A stretch of DNA of 64,000 nt from an uncultured delta proteobacterium (GCA_963765675.1 CAVXXK010000001.1:352001-416000); one strand, 5' to 3'. Numbered from the stretch's first letter, positions 49,558-63,186 are shown. The notes: generated by a model not told the origin, from the sequence alone. Numbers and translations: made by a program.

Positions 49558-50568
49558 ATGCCCATCGCGAAAAAACTCCCTTCTCCGATGCCGATCGCGC
49601 GGGACATTTTGTGGGGCGGATGGAGCGCGCTAGCCGCCGGCGCGGCGGTGGAGCTCGATCTGTTCACGATAATCCATCGCGGCAAAACCACCGCGGCGGA
49701 GATCGCCGCCGAAGCCAACACCCACGAACCGTCTACCCGGCGGCTGCTCGACGCGATGGTCGCACTCAAGTATCTGACGCGCAACAAAGATCGCTACCGA
49801 CTGACGCCCGCGGCCGCGACCTTCCTGGTGAGGACCAGCGAGCTTTACATGGAAGGCGCAGGAAAGTTCGCAGGCGGGCATCTCATGGGATGGAACGACT
49901 TGGCCCAGGCCGTGAGGACGGGCGCACCGGTTGTCACGGACGAGCCGGCAGCCCGCGGGCAGTTTTTCTCGATGCTCGTGCGATGTATCTTCCCGCCGGG
50001 CTATGCGGCGGCGACTGCTGCGATGAATTCGCTCGATCGCGCTACGCGCGCACGAATCCGCAAGATCCTGGATATTGCGGGAGGCGCGGCCGCGTGGTCG
50101 ATTCCTTTCGTGCAGGCGATTGCAGGAGCGCGCGCCAAGGTGTTGGATTTGCCGCAAGTCACCCCAGTCGCTCGCGAATACGCCGCAAAATTCGGCGTCG
50201 CGGATCGATTCGAGTATATGGATGGCGACCTTCATCAGGTCGATCTTGGCGGCGGCTACGATCTGATCACGCTTGGTCACGTGATTCACACCGAAGGGCG
50301 CGAGGACGGAGTAAAATTGATTGCGCGATGCTTTCGCGCACTTGCGGAGCGCGGGATGCTGCTGATTGGGGAGTTCATTCCAAATGACGATCGTACCGGG
50401 CCGCCAATCGCGATGTTGTTCGGCCTCAACATGCTGTTGCATACGCCGGTTGGCGATGTGTTCACGATGAAGGATTATCGCGAATGGCTGAAACGCGCCG
50501 GCTTTCGAACAATCAAAACGATTCGCACACCATCGGCGGTGTCGCCGCTAATCCTCGCACGGAAGTAG
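49558..50568 (+). CDS. O-methyltransferase with dimerisation domain (ASMT/CrtF-like)
   Basis: ELDLF..RLLDAM N-terminal domain, LDIAGG, DLPQV, GD, HVIH, F...Y..W...AGF. Confidence 0.85.
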   Translation: MPIAKKLPSPMPIARDILWGGWSALAAGAAVELDLFTIIHRGKTTAAEIAAEANTHEPSTRRLLDAMVALKYLTRNKDRYRLTPAAATFLVRTSELYMEGAGKFAGGHLMGWNDLAQAVRTGAPVVTDEPAARGQFFSMLVRCIFPPGYAAATAAMNSLDRATRARIRKILDIAGGAAAWSIPFVQAIAGARAKVLDLPQVTPVAREYAAKFGVADRFEYMDGDLHQVDLGGGYDLITLGHVIHTEGREDGVKLIARCFRALAERGMLLIGEFIPNDDRTGPPIAMLFGLNMLLHTPVGDVFTMKDYREWLKRAGFRTIKTIRTPSAVSPLILARK

Positions 50569-50685
50569 CTCTGCGATAGCATTACCGGCGAAACTCAATC
50601 GCTGACACGTCCATTGTGCGAGCTGCCGTGGGGGCGTTGGCAATACGTGCGCGCGACACACCCAGATGCTAAAACCATCGCCGCT

Positions 50686-51258
50686 ATGGCCAAAAAAGAT
50701 ACGGATCGTGTCCGATGCGCGTGGGCGAAAGGCGACCTCGACATCCTCTACCACGACCGCGAATGGGGGGTTCCGGAGCATGACGACCGCAAGCTCTTCG
50801 AGTTCCTGATCCTCGAAGGCGCGCAGGCCGGTCTCAGTTGGGCAACAATTCTGCGCAAGCGCGAGAACTACCGCGCCGCGTTTGCCGCCTTCGATCCCGC
50901 AAAAGTCGCGCGGTTCGACCGCAAAAAACTCGCGCGCCTGATGCTCGATCCCGGAATCGTGCGCAATCGGCTCAAGATCGATGCGTCCGTCCGCAACGCG
51001 AAAGCATTCCTGAAAGTTCAGGAAGAGTTTGGGAGCTTCGACGCCTTCGTCTGGCGCTTCGTCGACGGCCGCCCGCGCCGCAACCCCGGAAAGAAGGCGC
51101 CCGCCAGCACTGCGGAATCAGACGCGATGAGCAAAGAGCTGAAGCGCCGCGGCTTCACCTTCGTCGGCTCAACGATCTGCTACGCCTTCATGCAGGCAGT
51201 AGGTATGGTCAACGACCACGCCCAAACCTGCTTCCGCCACTCGCAGATTCGCGGATAG
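50686..51258 (+). CDS. tag: DNA-3-methyladenine glycosylase I
   Basis: RCAW, YHDREWG, LEGAQAGLSW, IVRNRLKI, AFMQAVGMVNDH. Confidence 0.95.
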   Translation: MAKKDTDRVRCAWAKGDLDILYHDREWGVPEHDDRKLFEFLILEGAQAGLSWATILRKRENYRAAFAAFDPAKVARFDRKKLARLMLDPGIVRNRLKIDASVRNAKAFLKVQEEFGSFDAFVWRFVDGRPRRNPGKKAPASTAESDAMSKELKRRGFTFVGSTICYAFMQAVGMVNDHAQTCFRHSQIRG

Positions 51259-51421
51259 AGACGACGCTTCGCGTGGGCCGACGGGCCGTCGGCCGCCACT
51301 GGCAGAATTTTCCCTGCAGAAGGAACGCCATCGCGATCGCCTGGTTCGTCGCGGACGATTTCCTTCGCTCCCGTAGTGAGATTTCAGGTGGCACAGGCTT
51401 CAGCCTGTGATTCTTCACGCT

Positions 51422-53569
51422 CTATTCATACCGGAGCGCGTCGATTGGATGGAGCAGCGAGGCTTTGCGGGCTGGGTAGTAGCCGAAGAAGACGCCGACT
51501 GCCGCCGCGAAGATGAAGCCGCCGGCGATCGACGTGGGGGATACCAGCGTCGGCCATCCTGCCAGCGCTGAAATCAGTTTCGACGCCACGATCCCAAGGA
51601 TCGCGCCCGCGATTCCGCCGAGCGCGCTCAGCAGCACCGCTTCGACCAAAAATTGCAGCAGGATATGTATCCGCCGCGCGCCGATCGCCATCCGGATTCC
51701 GATCTCGCGCGTGCGCTCGGTCACCGAAACCAGCATGATATTCATGATTCCGATTCCGCCGACCAGCAGCGAAATCGACGCGACCGCGGCCAGCAGGATC
51801 GTCATCACGCCGCTCTGCTTTTCCGACGCCTGCGCGATTTCATTCAGGCTGCGCACCGTGAAATCGTCATCCTGGCCGGGCTGGATATGATGATGCCGAT
51901 GCAGCGATTTGCGTGATCTCGCTCATCGCTGCATCGACCTCGGCCGCGCTCTTGGCCTGCACATAGATCAGGTTGACGACCCCGGTGATTTTCGGCGGCG
52001 CTCCGAATGGGCTGACCTCGGCGGTGGCGAGCTGTAGATCGAATTGGCGGTCGGCAGGCCGTGTAAGGATTCTCGACCGTCGGGGTGGCGGTGGCGACCG
52101 CGACCGAAGTAGAGGGCGCCGACACTCCAAGCACTTTGCGCTCCGCAGTCTCGAACGGGATCAGCACGATATCGTCCTGATCCTGCCCCCATTGCGACTG
52201 GCCTTTGACCGAGAGCACGCCGATTACCCGCAGCGGAAAATTCTTGACCCGCACCATCGCCCCGACCGGATTTTGCTGTTCGCCAAAAAGATTGTTCGAC
52301 CACCGTCTGGCCGAGCAGCAGACCGGTGCGGCGGTCTGGTCGTCCTCATCGGTCATCGCGCGGCCCGAGGTCACCGGCCATTCACGGATATTCTGATATT
52401 CGGCGGTGATTCCTTCGATACTGGTACTCCAGTTCGGTTTCCGTTGACGATCTGCGCGATTTGCCGGTCCATATAGCTTACGCGTGAGGATCGCGCGCAC
52501 TTCCTTGCGGATCGCGAGCGCGTCGTCCGGTCGTTGAGGGTCGAAGTCGAGCCGAAGCCGCGCGCGGACGCCGTTGGAAGTCGTCGCGCCGGGCAGTACC
52601 ACGATCAAATTGGTGCCGAGGCTCTGGAGTTGCGCCTGCACCGAGGCGCGCGCCCCGTCTCCGACCGCGACCATCGCGATCACCGCCGCCACACCAATAA
52701 AGATGCCGAGCATCGTCAGCGCCGCGCGCATCTTGTTGCGGCGCAGCGCACGTGGCCGCCGCAGATCACCGCCATCGCGGCAAAGGTCAGCGCCTCATCG
52801 GCGGAAGAGGTGATGTTGCCGGGTGTCGTCCACGTGCGAGCGCCGGGCGCGGCTGTCCCGATGATCGGCATGCGGCGCGCCGGGTTTGCGCACGTCCGAG
52901 ACTACCTGCCCGTCGCGAAAGCTTATCGTGCGATCTGCGTATGCGCCGACATCGGGATCGTGCGTCACCAGGATTATCGTGATGCCCTGCTCGCGGTTGA
53001 GCCGCGTGATGATCTCCATGATTTCGGTGGAGCTGGTCGAATCGAGGTTTCCAGTCGGCTCGTCGGCCAGCACGATCGACGGCTGATTGATTAGCGCCCG
53101 CGCGATCGCGACCCGTTGCTGTTGTCCGCCCGAGAGCTGGTTGGGATGGTTCTGCGCGCGCCCGGTCAGCCCCACCAGCTTGAGCAGTTCTTCGGCGCGA
53201 TGCTCCCTGTGATGGTTCCATGCGGAATAGAACAGCGGCAGTTCGACGTTTTCGAGCGCACTGGTGCGTGCGAGCAGGTTGAAGCTCTGAAACACGAATC
53301 CGATTCTGCCGGCTCCGGATCGCCGCGAGATCTTCTTCGGCCAGGGCGGCCACGTCCTCACCTTCGAGCAGGTAGCGCCCTCGCGTGGGCCGATCCAGGC
53401 ATCCGAGGATATTCATCAGGGTCGATTTCCCCGACCCCGACGCACCCATCACCGCCACGAACTCGCCCCGATCGATAGTAAGCGACACTCCGCGCAGTGC
53501 GTTAACCTCGACCTCGCCCAGCACGTAGGTTTTCCAGAGATCAACCAATTCGATGACTGGCATCGTCAT
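51422..53569 (-). CDS. macB: MacB-like ABC exporter, probably fused ATPase plus permease, broken by several frameshifts
   Basis: [75 protein letters not shown] spread over at least five ORF fragments. Confidence 0.75.
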
Positions 53570-53582
53570 TGTTCCTGCGAGA

Positions 53583-54790
53583 CTAATGCGGGAAATGCAG
53601 GGCACGGTGCGCTTGGCGCTCTGGGCATCTGGATTCGTCGGTCACCACCAGATCGCCGGGCTTTCAGCGCTCCGCTCAGCACCTCGGCGTTTACGCCGTC
53701 GTCGAGGCCGACCGCTGACGGTGACCGGCTCGATCCCGCCGCCCGACGGAATCCATACCTGCGTGTTGCGGGTCGACGAGCGCGTCGTTGCCCGACACCG
53801 GATCGGCGGCGGACGCCACGATTTTTGCGAACCGCGCGGCTTGAAGCGCAAAGCGTCGAGCGGCAGCCGCACCACCTGGTCGCGCCGCGCGGTGGTGATC
53901 GTCACGTTGGCGGTCATCCCCGGCTTGAGCAGCAACTCGGGGTTATCGACATTCACGACCACGTCGTAAGTCACGACGTTCTGCACCGTGATCGGAGCCT
54001 GGCGCACCTGTCCGACGGTTCCCTGAAACATCCGATCCGGGAACGCATCCACTTTGAAGTCGGCCGGCTCGCCCTTCTTCACGTAGCCGATATCGGATTC
54101 ACTTACGCTCGCATCGACCTGCATCTTGGTCAGGTCCTGCGCGACCAGAAACAGCACCGGAGTCTGAAAGCTCGCCGCGACCGTCTGTCCGACATCGACG
54201 TTGCGCGCGACCACGGTGCCGTCCACCGGCGACCTGATATCAGTGTAGTTCAAGTTGAGCTGCGCCTGTTTGAGCGTGGCTTCCTGCTGCTGGATAGCGG
54301 CTTTGTCCAGCGCGATCTGCGCGACCGCCTGGTTGTAGGTGCTGAACTGGCTGTCGATCTGGTCCTGGGAATCGACTTCCTCCGCGAGCAGTTTCTTATC
54401 GCGCTCGTAGGTGACCTTCTGATAGGCGAGGTTCGCCTGGTCCTTCAAGAGCTGCGCCTTGGCGTTGGCAACCGCGGCGGTGGAAAGCGCGACCGTCGCG
54501 GCGTACGGACGCGGATCGATCTTGGCGATTATCTGCCCCTGTTTCACCGGCGAATTGAAGTCGGCAGAGATCTGCGTGATCGGTCCGGACACGTATGTGC
54601 CGACCTGCACCGTCGTGACCGGATTGACGGTTCCGGTCGCAGCTACCGAGCGGACGATCGAGCCCGAGGTCACCGGCGCCGTCACGAATCGGGTCCCGTC
54701 GCCCCTTCCGTGCATGAAATACCACGCGATCAGGATGACGACGACCGCGCCGAGGCTGATCCGCGCGATCCTTGATGAGAAGAGCTTCAT
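53583..54790 (-). CDS. macA: MacA-like efflux periplasmic adaptor (3' end frameshifted, end approximate)
   Basis: [44 protein letters not shown]. Confidence 0.8.
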
Positions 54791-54934
54791 GTTAAGTTGT
54801 CCATTATGACCCGGTGGTCATTCGCAATCCATCCAACCCCCGGCGTCCAGGCCGAGTGCGCACCTACCGATGGTTAGACGCGGCATCCACCTTAGGGTTT
54901 CAGCATCAGTCGTGCCGCTGCAGGAAAGGGGGAA

Positions 54935-56053
54935 TTACCGATCGTTAAGCGGCAGAGCGGCGATGAAGAGTCCTTGCAGATACGCGCGCAAATCGGTGCG
55001 GCCGAGGAGATTGGTGCTATCGGCAAATTGATCGATCCCGCCAATCGGTCCGGCGGCACCATGGATTCGCTTCATCTCCGGATCGATCATCGCGCCCGTG
55101 AGCGCGATCGCGAATCGCTCGGCGTCGAGCACGAGATATGGCCGGTCGTGAAAATGGCGGACGCTGGGATCGAGCGGCGCCGTGACTGCGAGATGATTGT
55201 GCATCCGCGCGATGGCTTCATACGCGGCGCTGAGGTGCGACTCGCGCTGCGAGAAGCTCGCGGCGTCCATCGCCGAGCGCAGGATAGGCGCGAGCTCGCT
55301 CGCACAATCGAGATGCGCGAATGCGGTCCCGAGCCACTTGCTGTAGGGCGCGTAGCGGCGCTCGATTAGAAAGCACAGGCGCATCAGATCGCGGACCATC
55401 CGTCCCGCTACGATCCGCGACCCAAGCTCGTCGCCTGCCTCCGCGCATCTGCCGATGAACGGCTCCTCCTGCGCAATCCGCATCCACTGCGACGCGAGCA
55501 GGTAGAGCCATACGTCGTGCGGATACCACGCGAGCTTCTCGCGAATCGGGATCAGCTCGCCCAGTCCGTCGTGGAAAACGCCTCCTGCAGTGACTTCGAG
55601 CAGCGCCTGCTGCGGCATCAGCAGCCAATCGGCGGCGCTAAGAGCTGGGCCGAGATCGATTCCGAGCATCGCGCGAATGAATTCGTGCAGCGTCGCGGTC
55701 TGCACGTCGTGATTGACGCGGCCGGGCTTCGCGGGTCGAAGTGTCCGCGTGCCGTGCCGGGCGGGATTATCGTAGCCGGTGGAATATCCGCGAAAGGTCG
55801 CGGGCAGATGCGTGGAGAGCTCAGAGATGATTCGCGCGCCGAGCCGATCGCGATCGCCGGCGGAGAGGAACAAAGTCACGCCGGGACCCCATCCGTGATC
55901 GGTCGAACGCTCCGAGTCGTAACCGAGCACGTCCGAGCCGGGGCCGATTCGCGCCGCCGAGTATCGCAGATCAGGAAAGGCGGAAATGAGAATCGGGGCG
56001 ACCGCCTCGCGAAAAAACATCTCGCACAGCAGCAACCCCGGAATGAAAGTCAT
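54935..56053 (-). CDS. DUF4037-type nucleotidyltransferase-fold protein
   Basis: GPGSDVLGYD..STDHGWGP, GGVFHD, YPHDVW, YAPYSKWLG. Confidence 0.7.
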   Translation of the reverse strand: MTFIPGLLLCEMFFREAVAPILISAFPDLRYSAARIGPGSDVLGYDSERSTDHGWGPGVTLFLSAGDRDRLGARIISELSTHLPATFRGYSTGYDNPARHGTRTLRPAKPGRVNHDVQTATLHEFIRAMLGIDLGPALSAADWLLMPQQALLEVTAGGVFHDGLGELIPIREKLAWYPHDVWLYLLASQWMRIAQEEPFIGRCAEAGDELGSRIVAGRMVRDLMRLCFLIERRYAPYSKWLGTAFAHLDCASELAPILRSAMDAASFSQRESHLSAAYEAIARMHNHLAVTAPLDPSVRHFHDRPYLVLDAERFAIALTGAMIDPEMKRIHGAAGPIGGIDQFADSTNLLGRTDLRAYLQGLFIAALPLNDR

Positions 56054-56087
56054 CGCCGCGAATCTTAAGACGCGGTCGTCTTCTCGC

Positions 56088-57878
<1,791 letters not shown>

Positions 57879-58197
57879 CCGTTCAGAGCGGGTGACGCGA
57901 CCCGGCCCATGCGCTTTCGCCGGCCTATTTTGTGAAGATTGGCCGGGGATGGAACTGACTCAATAGTACAGGCTAGCTCGATTAGGCAAGGCAAAGTTAC
58001 CGAATTAACTACCTTACGCGGCATCGGAAATCGAGTCAAATTTCGTCCTGAATCATCACGACTCGCGATCTTCCATGCGGAATCGCCGGGCGGCAGCCCT
58101 TCTGATTAATTATACGCATGATTCCCGCCCCGCGCTGCACCGCGATCCTCGCCGAAGCTTCGCCTTTTGCGGCCGGCCACGCGCGCATTCTACGGTT

Positions 58198-58308
58198 GTC
58201 ATTCCCGCGCGTGGCTGCCGCGCGAGACCGTACCGGGGGGAGACTGCATATGGTGTTGGCGTTGAGCATGGACGCCTCGGGATTTCTCGCCTTTGGCTCG
58301 AAAATGAC
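58198..58308 (+). repeat. GTCATT..AATGAC REP-like element, copy 1
   Basis: gtcattcccgcgcgtggctgccgcgcgag..actgca..gcatggacgcctcgggatttctc..gaaaatgac; matches 63047-63158. Confidence 0.8.
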
Positions 58309-58330
58309 GATTGAGGAGTCGGCTGGGATT

Positions 58331-58475
58331 ACGATACTCATGCGCCAAGCCCACATTCGTCATTCCGAGCCATAGGCGAGGAATCCCGGGACGTCCGTGC
58401 TCCGAGCTGTGTTCACGTGCAGTGGACCTCCGTTCGGGATTCCTCGCGCGCGGCAGCCAGGCGCGCGGGAATGAC
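58331..58475 (-). repeat. GTCATT..AATGAC REP-like element, copy 2 (inverted)
   Basis: Reverse complement reads gtcattcccgcgcgcctggctgccgcgcgcgagg..gggattcctcgcctatggctcggaatgac-gaatgtgggcttggcgcatgagtatcgt. Confidence 0.8.
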
Positions 58476-58579
58476 AATTCGGCGTCGGGCCTCATACAAT
58501 ACGCCAGCGACCGGAGTCTCGTTGCGAACGCCGGGACCAAAGAGCATTGAGCTTATAGCCGCTGGTTTCGAGGACCATC

Positions 58580-59509
58580 ATGAACGACGCGTTTCAACAG
58601 GCCTTCAAATCCGAAAATTTGGACGCGATCCGCAAGTGCCCCAAGAGCGATCTGCACAATCATGGATGGGCCGGTGCCGAGCCCGCCGCGGTCGCGGTGA
58701 TCCTCGGGAGGAAATGTGCTCCGCTGGATCATAAGCTCACCTCGATGGACCAGATGCACGCATGGGCTGGCGAGCATTTCGGAAATCCCGATCCGAAGCT
58801 CAGACCCGCGTTGTTCGAGGCGGCGTTTGTTCGAGCGGCTAAAGACGGGCTCGTGCGTTACGAACTCGGCGACGATGTTTGGGCGACCACGCTTGATGGT
58901 TCCGCGGAAAATGTGACCGGCATGCTCAAGCGCGCACACGAACGCGGCGCGCCCGGCGTCGAATGGATTCCGCAGCTCGGGATGTCGCGGCATTGTCGTA
59001 TCGAGGATATTCGCCGCTGGATGGAACCATTTCTGGCGCTTCGCTTCTACCGAACTCTCGACCTTTCTGGCGACGAGTTCGCGCAGCCGATCGAGAATTT
59101 CAAGCCGCTTTATCGGCTCGCGAAGAACAATGGGCTGCGTCTCAAGGCCCATGTCGGCGAGTGGGGTGACGCGGATTCGGTGTGGCGGGCGGTCGAAACG
59201 CTCGAGCTCGACGAAGTGCAGCATGGGATCGCGGCAGCCGGCTCTCCATCGGTGATGCGATTCCTCGCCGAGAATCACATCCGGCTCAACCTCTGCCCGA
59301 CTTCCAACCTGATGCTCGGCAGGATCGAGACGCTTGCCTCACATCCGATCCGAAAGCTCTTTGACGCGGGAGTCCGAGTGACCGTCAACACCGATGACAT
59401 GGCGATGTTCGGTCAGAGTGTCTCGCACGAGTTCCTGAACTTGTACAAAGCCGGATGCCTGAATGAGCAAGAACTCGATCGAATCCGCGAGAACGGCCTT
59501 TCGGATTAA
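58580..59509 (+). CDS. Adenosine/adenine deaminase-family amidohydrolase
   Basis: PKSDLHNH, AHVGE, QHG, CPTSN, VNTDD. Confidence 0.88.
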   Translation: MNDAFQQAFKSENLDAIRKCPKSDLHNHGWAGAEPAAVAVILGRKCAPLDHKLTSMDQMHAWAGEHFGNPDPKLRPALFEAAFVRAAKDGLVRYELGDDVWATTLDGSAENVTGMLKRAHERGAPGVEWIPQLGMSRHCRIEDIRRWMEPFLALRFYRTLDLSGDEFAQPIENFKPLYRLAKNNGLRLKAHVGEWGDADSVWRAVETLELDEVQHGIAAAGSPSVMRFLAENHIRLNLCPTSNLMLGRIETLASHPIRKLFDAGVRVTVNTDDMAMFGQSVSHEFLNLYKAGCLNEQELDRIRENGLSD

Positions 59510-59599
59510 CACCGACCTCAGCGTGATCCCCACATACGGTCGCCAAATCTCGCGCGGCGCTGGAAATGATCGGTTGTGCACCTTATTCTCGCTCCGCAA

Positions 59600-60619
59600 A
59601 TGGCTGGTCATGCGATAATCCTGGCGCTCAGCTTCGCGATCATCCTGCTTGGCTCGGAGCTCTTCACCAACGGCGTCGAATGGATGGGCAAGCGGCTCGA
59701 TATCGCAGAGGCCGCGGTCGGCAGCCTGCTCGCCGCCGTCGGCACCGCGCTGCCCGAGACGTTCATTCCTGCGGTCGCGCTGCTGACCGGCCGCAACTCG
59801 GCGGCTGCCCACGACGCGGTCGGAGTCGGCGCGATTATCGGCGCGCCGCTGATGCTCTCGACGGTCGCGCTGTTCGTGATGGGCTGCGCGGCGCTCGGAT
59901 TTAGGCGCCGGCGCGAACGAATCGCCCTGCGAGTCGCGCGCGAGGACGGACGCCGCGACCTGTCGTTTTTCTTTCCAGTTTTTTTTGCCGTAGTGATTCT
60001 GGGCACGCTGCATCTGGGTGTTATTGCGCGCCATTCGGCCGCCGCCGCCCTGCTGATCGTGTACGCGGGCTATTGCGTCGTGATGCTGCGGCTGACGCGC
60101 GCGGAGGGCGTGGAAATCGAGCATGGACTATATTTCGAATCGATCTTCCGCGGCGTCGGCGAGAATCCCCGTGGGTTCGTTATGGCGGTGCAGGTGCTGT
60201 TCGGCGTCGGAGCGATCCTGCTCGGCGCGGTTGAGTTCGTCGATCAGGTGATCCTGTTCTCGCAGCACGCGGGGATTAACCCCGGCGTGTTGTCGCTGAT
60301 CTTGAGTCCGCTCGCGACCGAGCTGCCCGAGAAATACAACTCGGTCGTCTGGATTCGCCAGGGCAAGGACCATCTGGCGCTCGCGAATATTACCGGTGCG
60401 ATGGTCTTTCAATCGTGCATCCCGGTCGCGCTCGGCCTCGCCTTCACGCCATGGATGCTGTCCGCGCCGGAGTTGCTGGCCGCGACGATCGCGCTCGCGT
60501 CGGTCGTGATCCTGTTCATCAACCTGCGCGACTCAGAACTCGGCACGCCAACGCTGATGATCGGCGGAGCGGCGTACGCGATCTTCCTGGGCGGGCTGGC
60601 ATGGCTCGGAGTGCTGTAG
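59600..60619 (+). CDS. Sodium:calcium antiporter-family protein
   Basis: Alpha-repeats GTALPE and ATELPE; about 10 hydrophobic segments. Confidence 0.85.
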   Translation: MAGHAIILALSFAIILLGSELFTNGVEWMGKRLDIAEAAVGSLLAAVGTALPETFIPAVALLTGRNSAAAHDAVGVGAIIGAPLMLSTVALFVMGCAALGFRRRRERIALRVAREDGRRDLSFFFPVFFAVVILGTLHLGVIARHSAAAALLIVYAGYCVVMLRLTRAEGVEIEHGLYFESIFRGVGENPRGFVMAVQVLFGVGAILLGAVEFVDQVILFSQHAGINPGVLSLILSPLATELPEKYNSVVWIRQGKDHLALANITGAMVFQSCIPVALGLAFTPWMLSAPELLAATIALASVVILFINLRDSELGTPTLMIGGAAYAIFLGGLAWLGVL

Positions 60620-60674
60620 CGGCCGAACCGCGCGATCTGTGTTAGCTTGATGCTGTCAGGACCTTTCCGCTGCG

Positions 60675-62991
60675 ATGAACCAATACCAGGAAATCTCGCG
60701 CCAGTTTTACGAGAACCGGCTTCTGTTCGGCGATCCCGCCGACGCCGGGATCGTCGCGCTCGAAATCGCGTCGCCGACTGAAATCGAAGTCTTCAAACGG
60801 ATCGGAGGCAAGATTGTCCAGGAGCGCCGCCCGCTCGAATTGTTTGTCCTGCTCGATGATCTCGCGCTTTTGAACGGCTTCAAACCCGCGGTCGATACGC
60901 GCGAGCTCGCCGGAGATTTCCGCTACCGGCATCTCGTGAGGTTCAACTCGGGCGACACGCTCGAAGCGTTGAAGTGGCATCTGCGCGATACCACCGGCAT
61001 CGCGGCGAACGCGCCCGGCGCGCCCTACCTGGTCTTCGCCGATCCGGTCGAACAGCATCTGATGCTCACCGGATCGACCTGCTTTATGGGGCTCGAGCTC
61101 GGCGACCTGGTGCGGATGCAGATCGATATCGAGACCTACATCTCGAAGGGCTTCGAGTTTCCCTCCGCCGCGCGCGAGGGCGACCGCGTCGTCGCAATCT
61201 CGATCTCCGACTCGACCGGCTTCGAGCGCCTGCTGCGCGGCAACGAGATGGACGAGCGCGCGATGCTCGAAGAGCTGGTGCGCGTCGTGGCCGAGCGCGA
61301 CCCCGACGTGATCGAGGGACACAACCTGTTCCGCTTCGACCTCGAATATCTCGAGACCCGCGCGCGGCGTCATCGCGTGAAGCTCGCGCTCGGGCGCGGC
61401 GGAGGTGTGTTGCGCGCGCGACCGTCGCGGCTCCAGATCGCGGAACGATCGATCGCGTACCGGCGCTACGACATCCCCGGCCGCAACATTATCGACACCT
61501 GGATCCTCGCGCAGCATTACGATATCGCCAGCCGCGAGCTCGAAGGCTTCGGACTTAAGCAGCTCGCGATTCATTTCGGTCTCGCGCGCAAGGAGCGGGT
61601 TTATCTCGACGCCTCGCGCGTCAGCGAGATTTTCGATCGCGATCCCGAGCGCCTGTTCGAGTACGCACTCGACGACGTGCGCGAGACTCGCGCGCTGGCC
61701 GAGGTGCTGTCGCCAAGCTACTTCGTGCAGGCCAAGATTTTTCCCTACTCGTACCAGAACGTCGTCCTGCGCGGGAACGCGACCCGAATCAACGCGCTTC
61801 TGATACGCTCGTATCTGGCCGCGGGCCACTCGATTCCCGAGCCGCAGAATTCCGCGGCCGTCGCCGGCGGATACACCGAGATGCGCCGATGCGGCGTCGC
61901 ACGCGGAGTTGCGCACTGCGACGTGACCTCGCTGTATCCCTCGCTGATGCTTCAAAATGGTCTCGCGCCCGGCTCGGACCGGCTGGGCGTGTTCCTGAAA
62001 CTGCTCGGCGACTTGCGCACGTTTCGGGTGAAGGCCAAGAGCCTCGCGCGCGAGCTCGAAGGCGCCGAGCGGCGCAACCTCGAGGCGCTGCAGCAGACCT
62101 TCAAGATTCTGATCAACTCGTTTTATGGATACCTCGGTTTCGGGCTCGGCCATTTCAACGACTTCGAGCAGGCGGGCAACGTCACCCGCCGCGGCCGCGA
62201 TCTAATCCAAAGCGCCGTCGCGCAGCTCGAAGCGCAGGGGGCGCAGGTGATCGAAGTCGATACCGACGGGATCTATTTCGTGCCGCCGGTATCGGCCGCG
62301 AGCGATAGCGAGGTTGAGGCGATAGTCGCGAACCTCGAGATTCCCGCAGGGATCAAGCTCGAAATCGACGGACGCTATGCCGCGATGTTCTCCTACAAGA
62401 TGAAGAACTACGTCTTGATGGACCACGCAGGCGCGATTACGGTGCGCGGCTCGGGACTCAAGTCGCGAGGGCTCGAACGCTTTCAGCGCCGCTTCATGGA
62501 AGAAGATTTTCGTGCTCCTGATGAGCGATCGGCGAGCGGAAATTCCGAAACTGTTCGAGGATTGGTACGGGCGCTTCGCACGTCACGAAGTCGGCATCGC
62601 GGATTTCATGAAGACCGAGACGCTGCAGGACTCGCTCGACAACTATCGCCAGAAGATTTCGGGGAGCCGCAGAAATCTTTCGGCCGCATACGAGCTCGCA
62701 CTCAAAGCCGAACGGCCCTATCAGAGCGGCGACCAGATTTCCTATTACGTTGTCGGCCGCACCGATCGGGTCAGGGTCGCAGAGGCCGCCAAGATGGCGT
62801 CGGAATACGACCCCGCCAATCCCGACGAAAACGTCGCCTACTATCAATCCAAACTCGCCGACCTGTACGAAAAATTTCGTCCGTTTATCGAACGGCCAGG
62901 CCTGTTCGTACCGGAACCGGAACAAGAATCCGGCCAGCAAGAACTCTTCGCGACGCCCGCCAAATCCCCCGATCAGGATTCCGTCGAGTAG
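60675..62991 (+). CDS. polB: Family B DNA polymerase with 3'-5' exonuclease (one +1 frameshift near 62503)
   Basis: ExoI DIET, ExoII HN..RFD, ExoIII YALDD, motif A DVTSLYPS, motif B KILINSFYG, motif C DTDG; continues in ORF 62512-62991. Confidence 0.88.
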
Positions 62992-63046
62992 CGAATCGCG
63001 CTTGCGGGTTAGTTCGAGATTTGACGGCTCTCGATGCTTAATGAGT

Positions 63047-63186
63047 GTCATTCGCGCGCGGGTGGCTGCTGCGCGCGAGGCCCGGACGAAGGGGCACTGC
63101 ATGACGCGCGGACGCTGCGCATGGACGCCTCGGGATTTCTCCCTTCGGTCGAAATGACGAATGTTGGCTTGGTGCATGACTATCGT
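63047..63186 (+). repeat. GTCATT..AATGAC REP-like element, copy 3
   Basis: gtcattcgcgcgcgggtggctgctgcgcgcgagg..gcatggacgcctcgggatttctc..gaaatgac-gaatgttggcttggtgcatgactatcgt. Confidence 0.8.

Noticed and set aside
58198-58475. Repeats as a CRISPR array
   Set aside because: The copies are long, inverted and diverged, with no regular spacers and no cas genes.
58036-58550. Small ORFs at 58036-58550 and 63034-63234 sharing peptide similarity (MDASGFL, MTNVGL)
   Set aside because: The similarity is explained by the underlying nucleotide repeat, and there is no evidence of coding.
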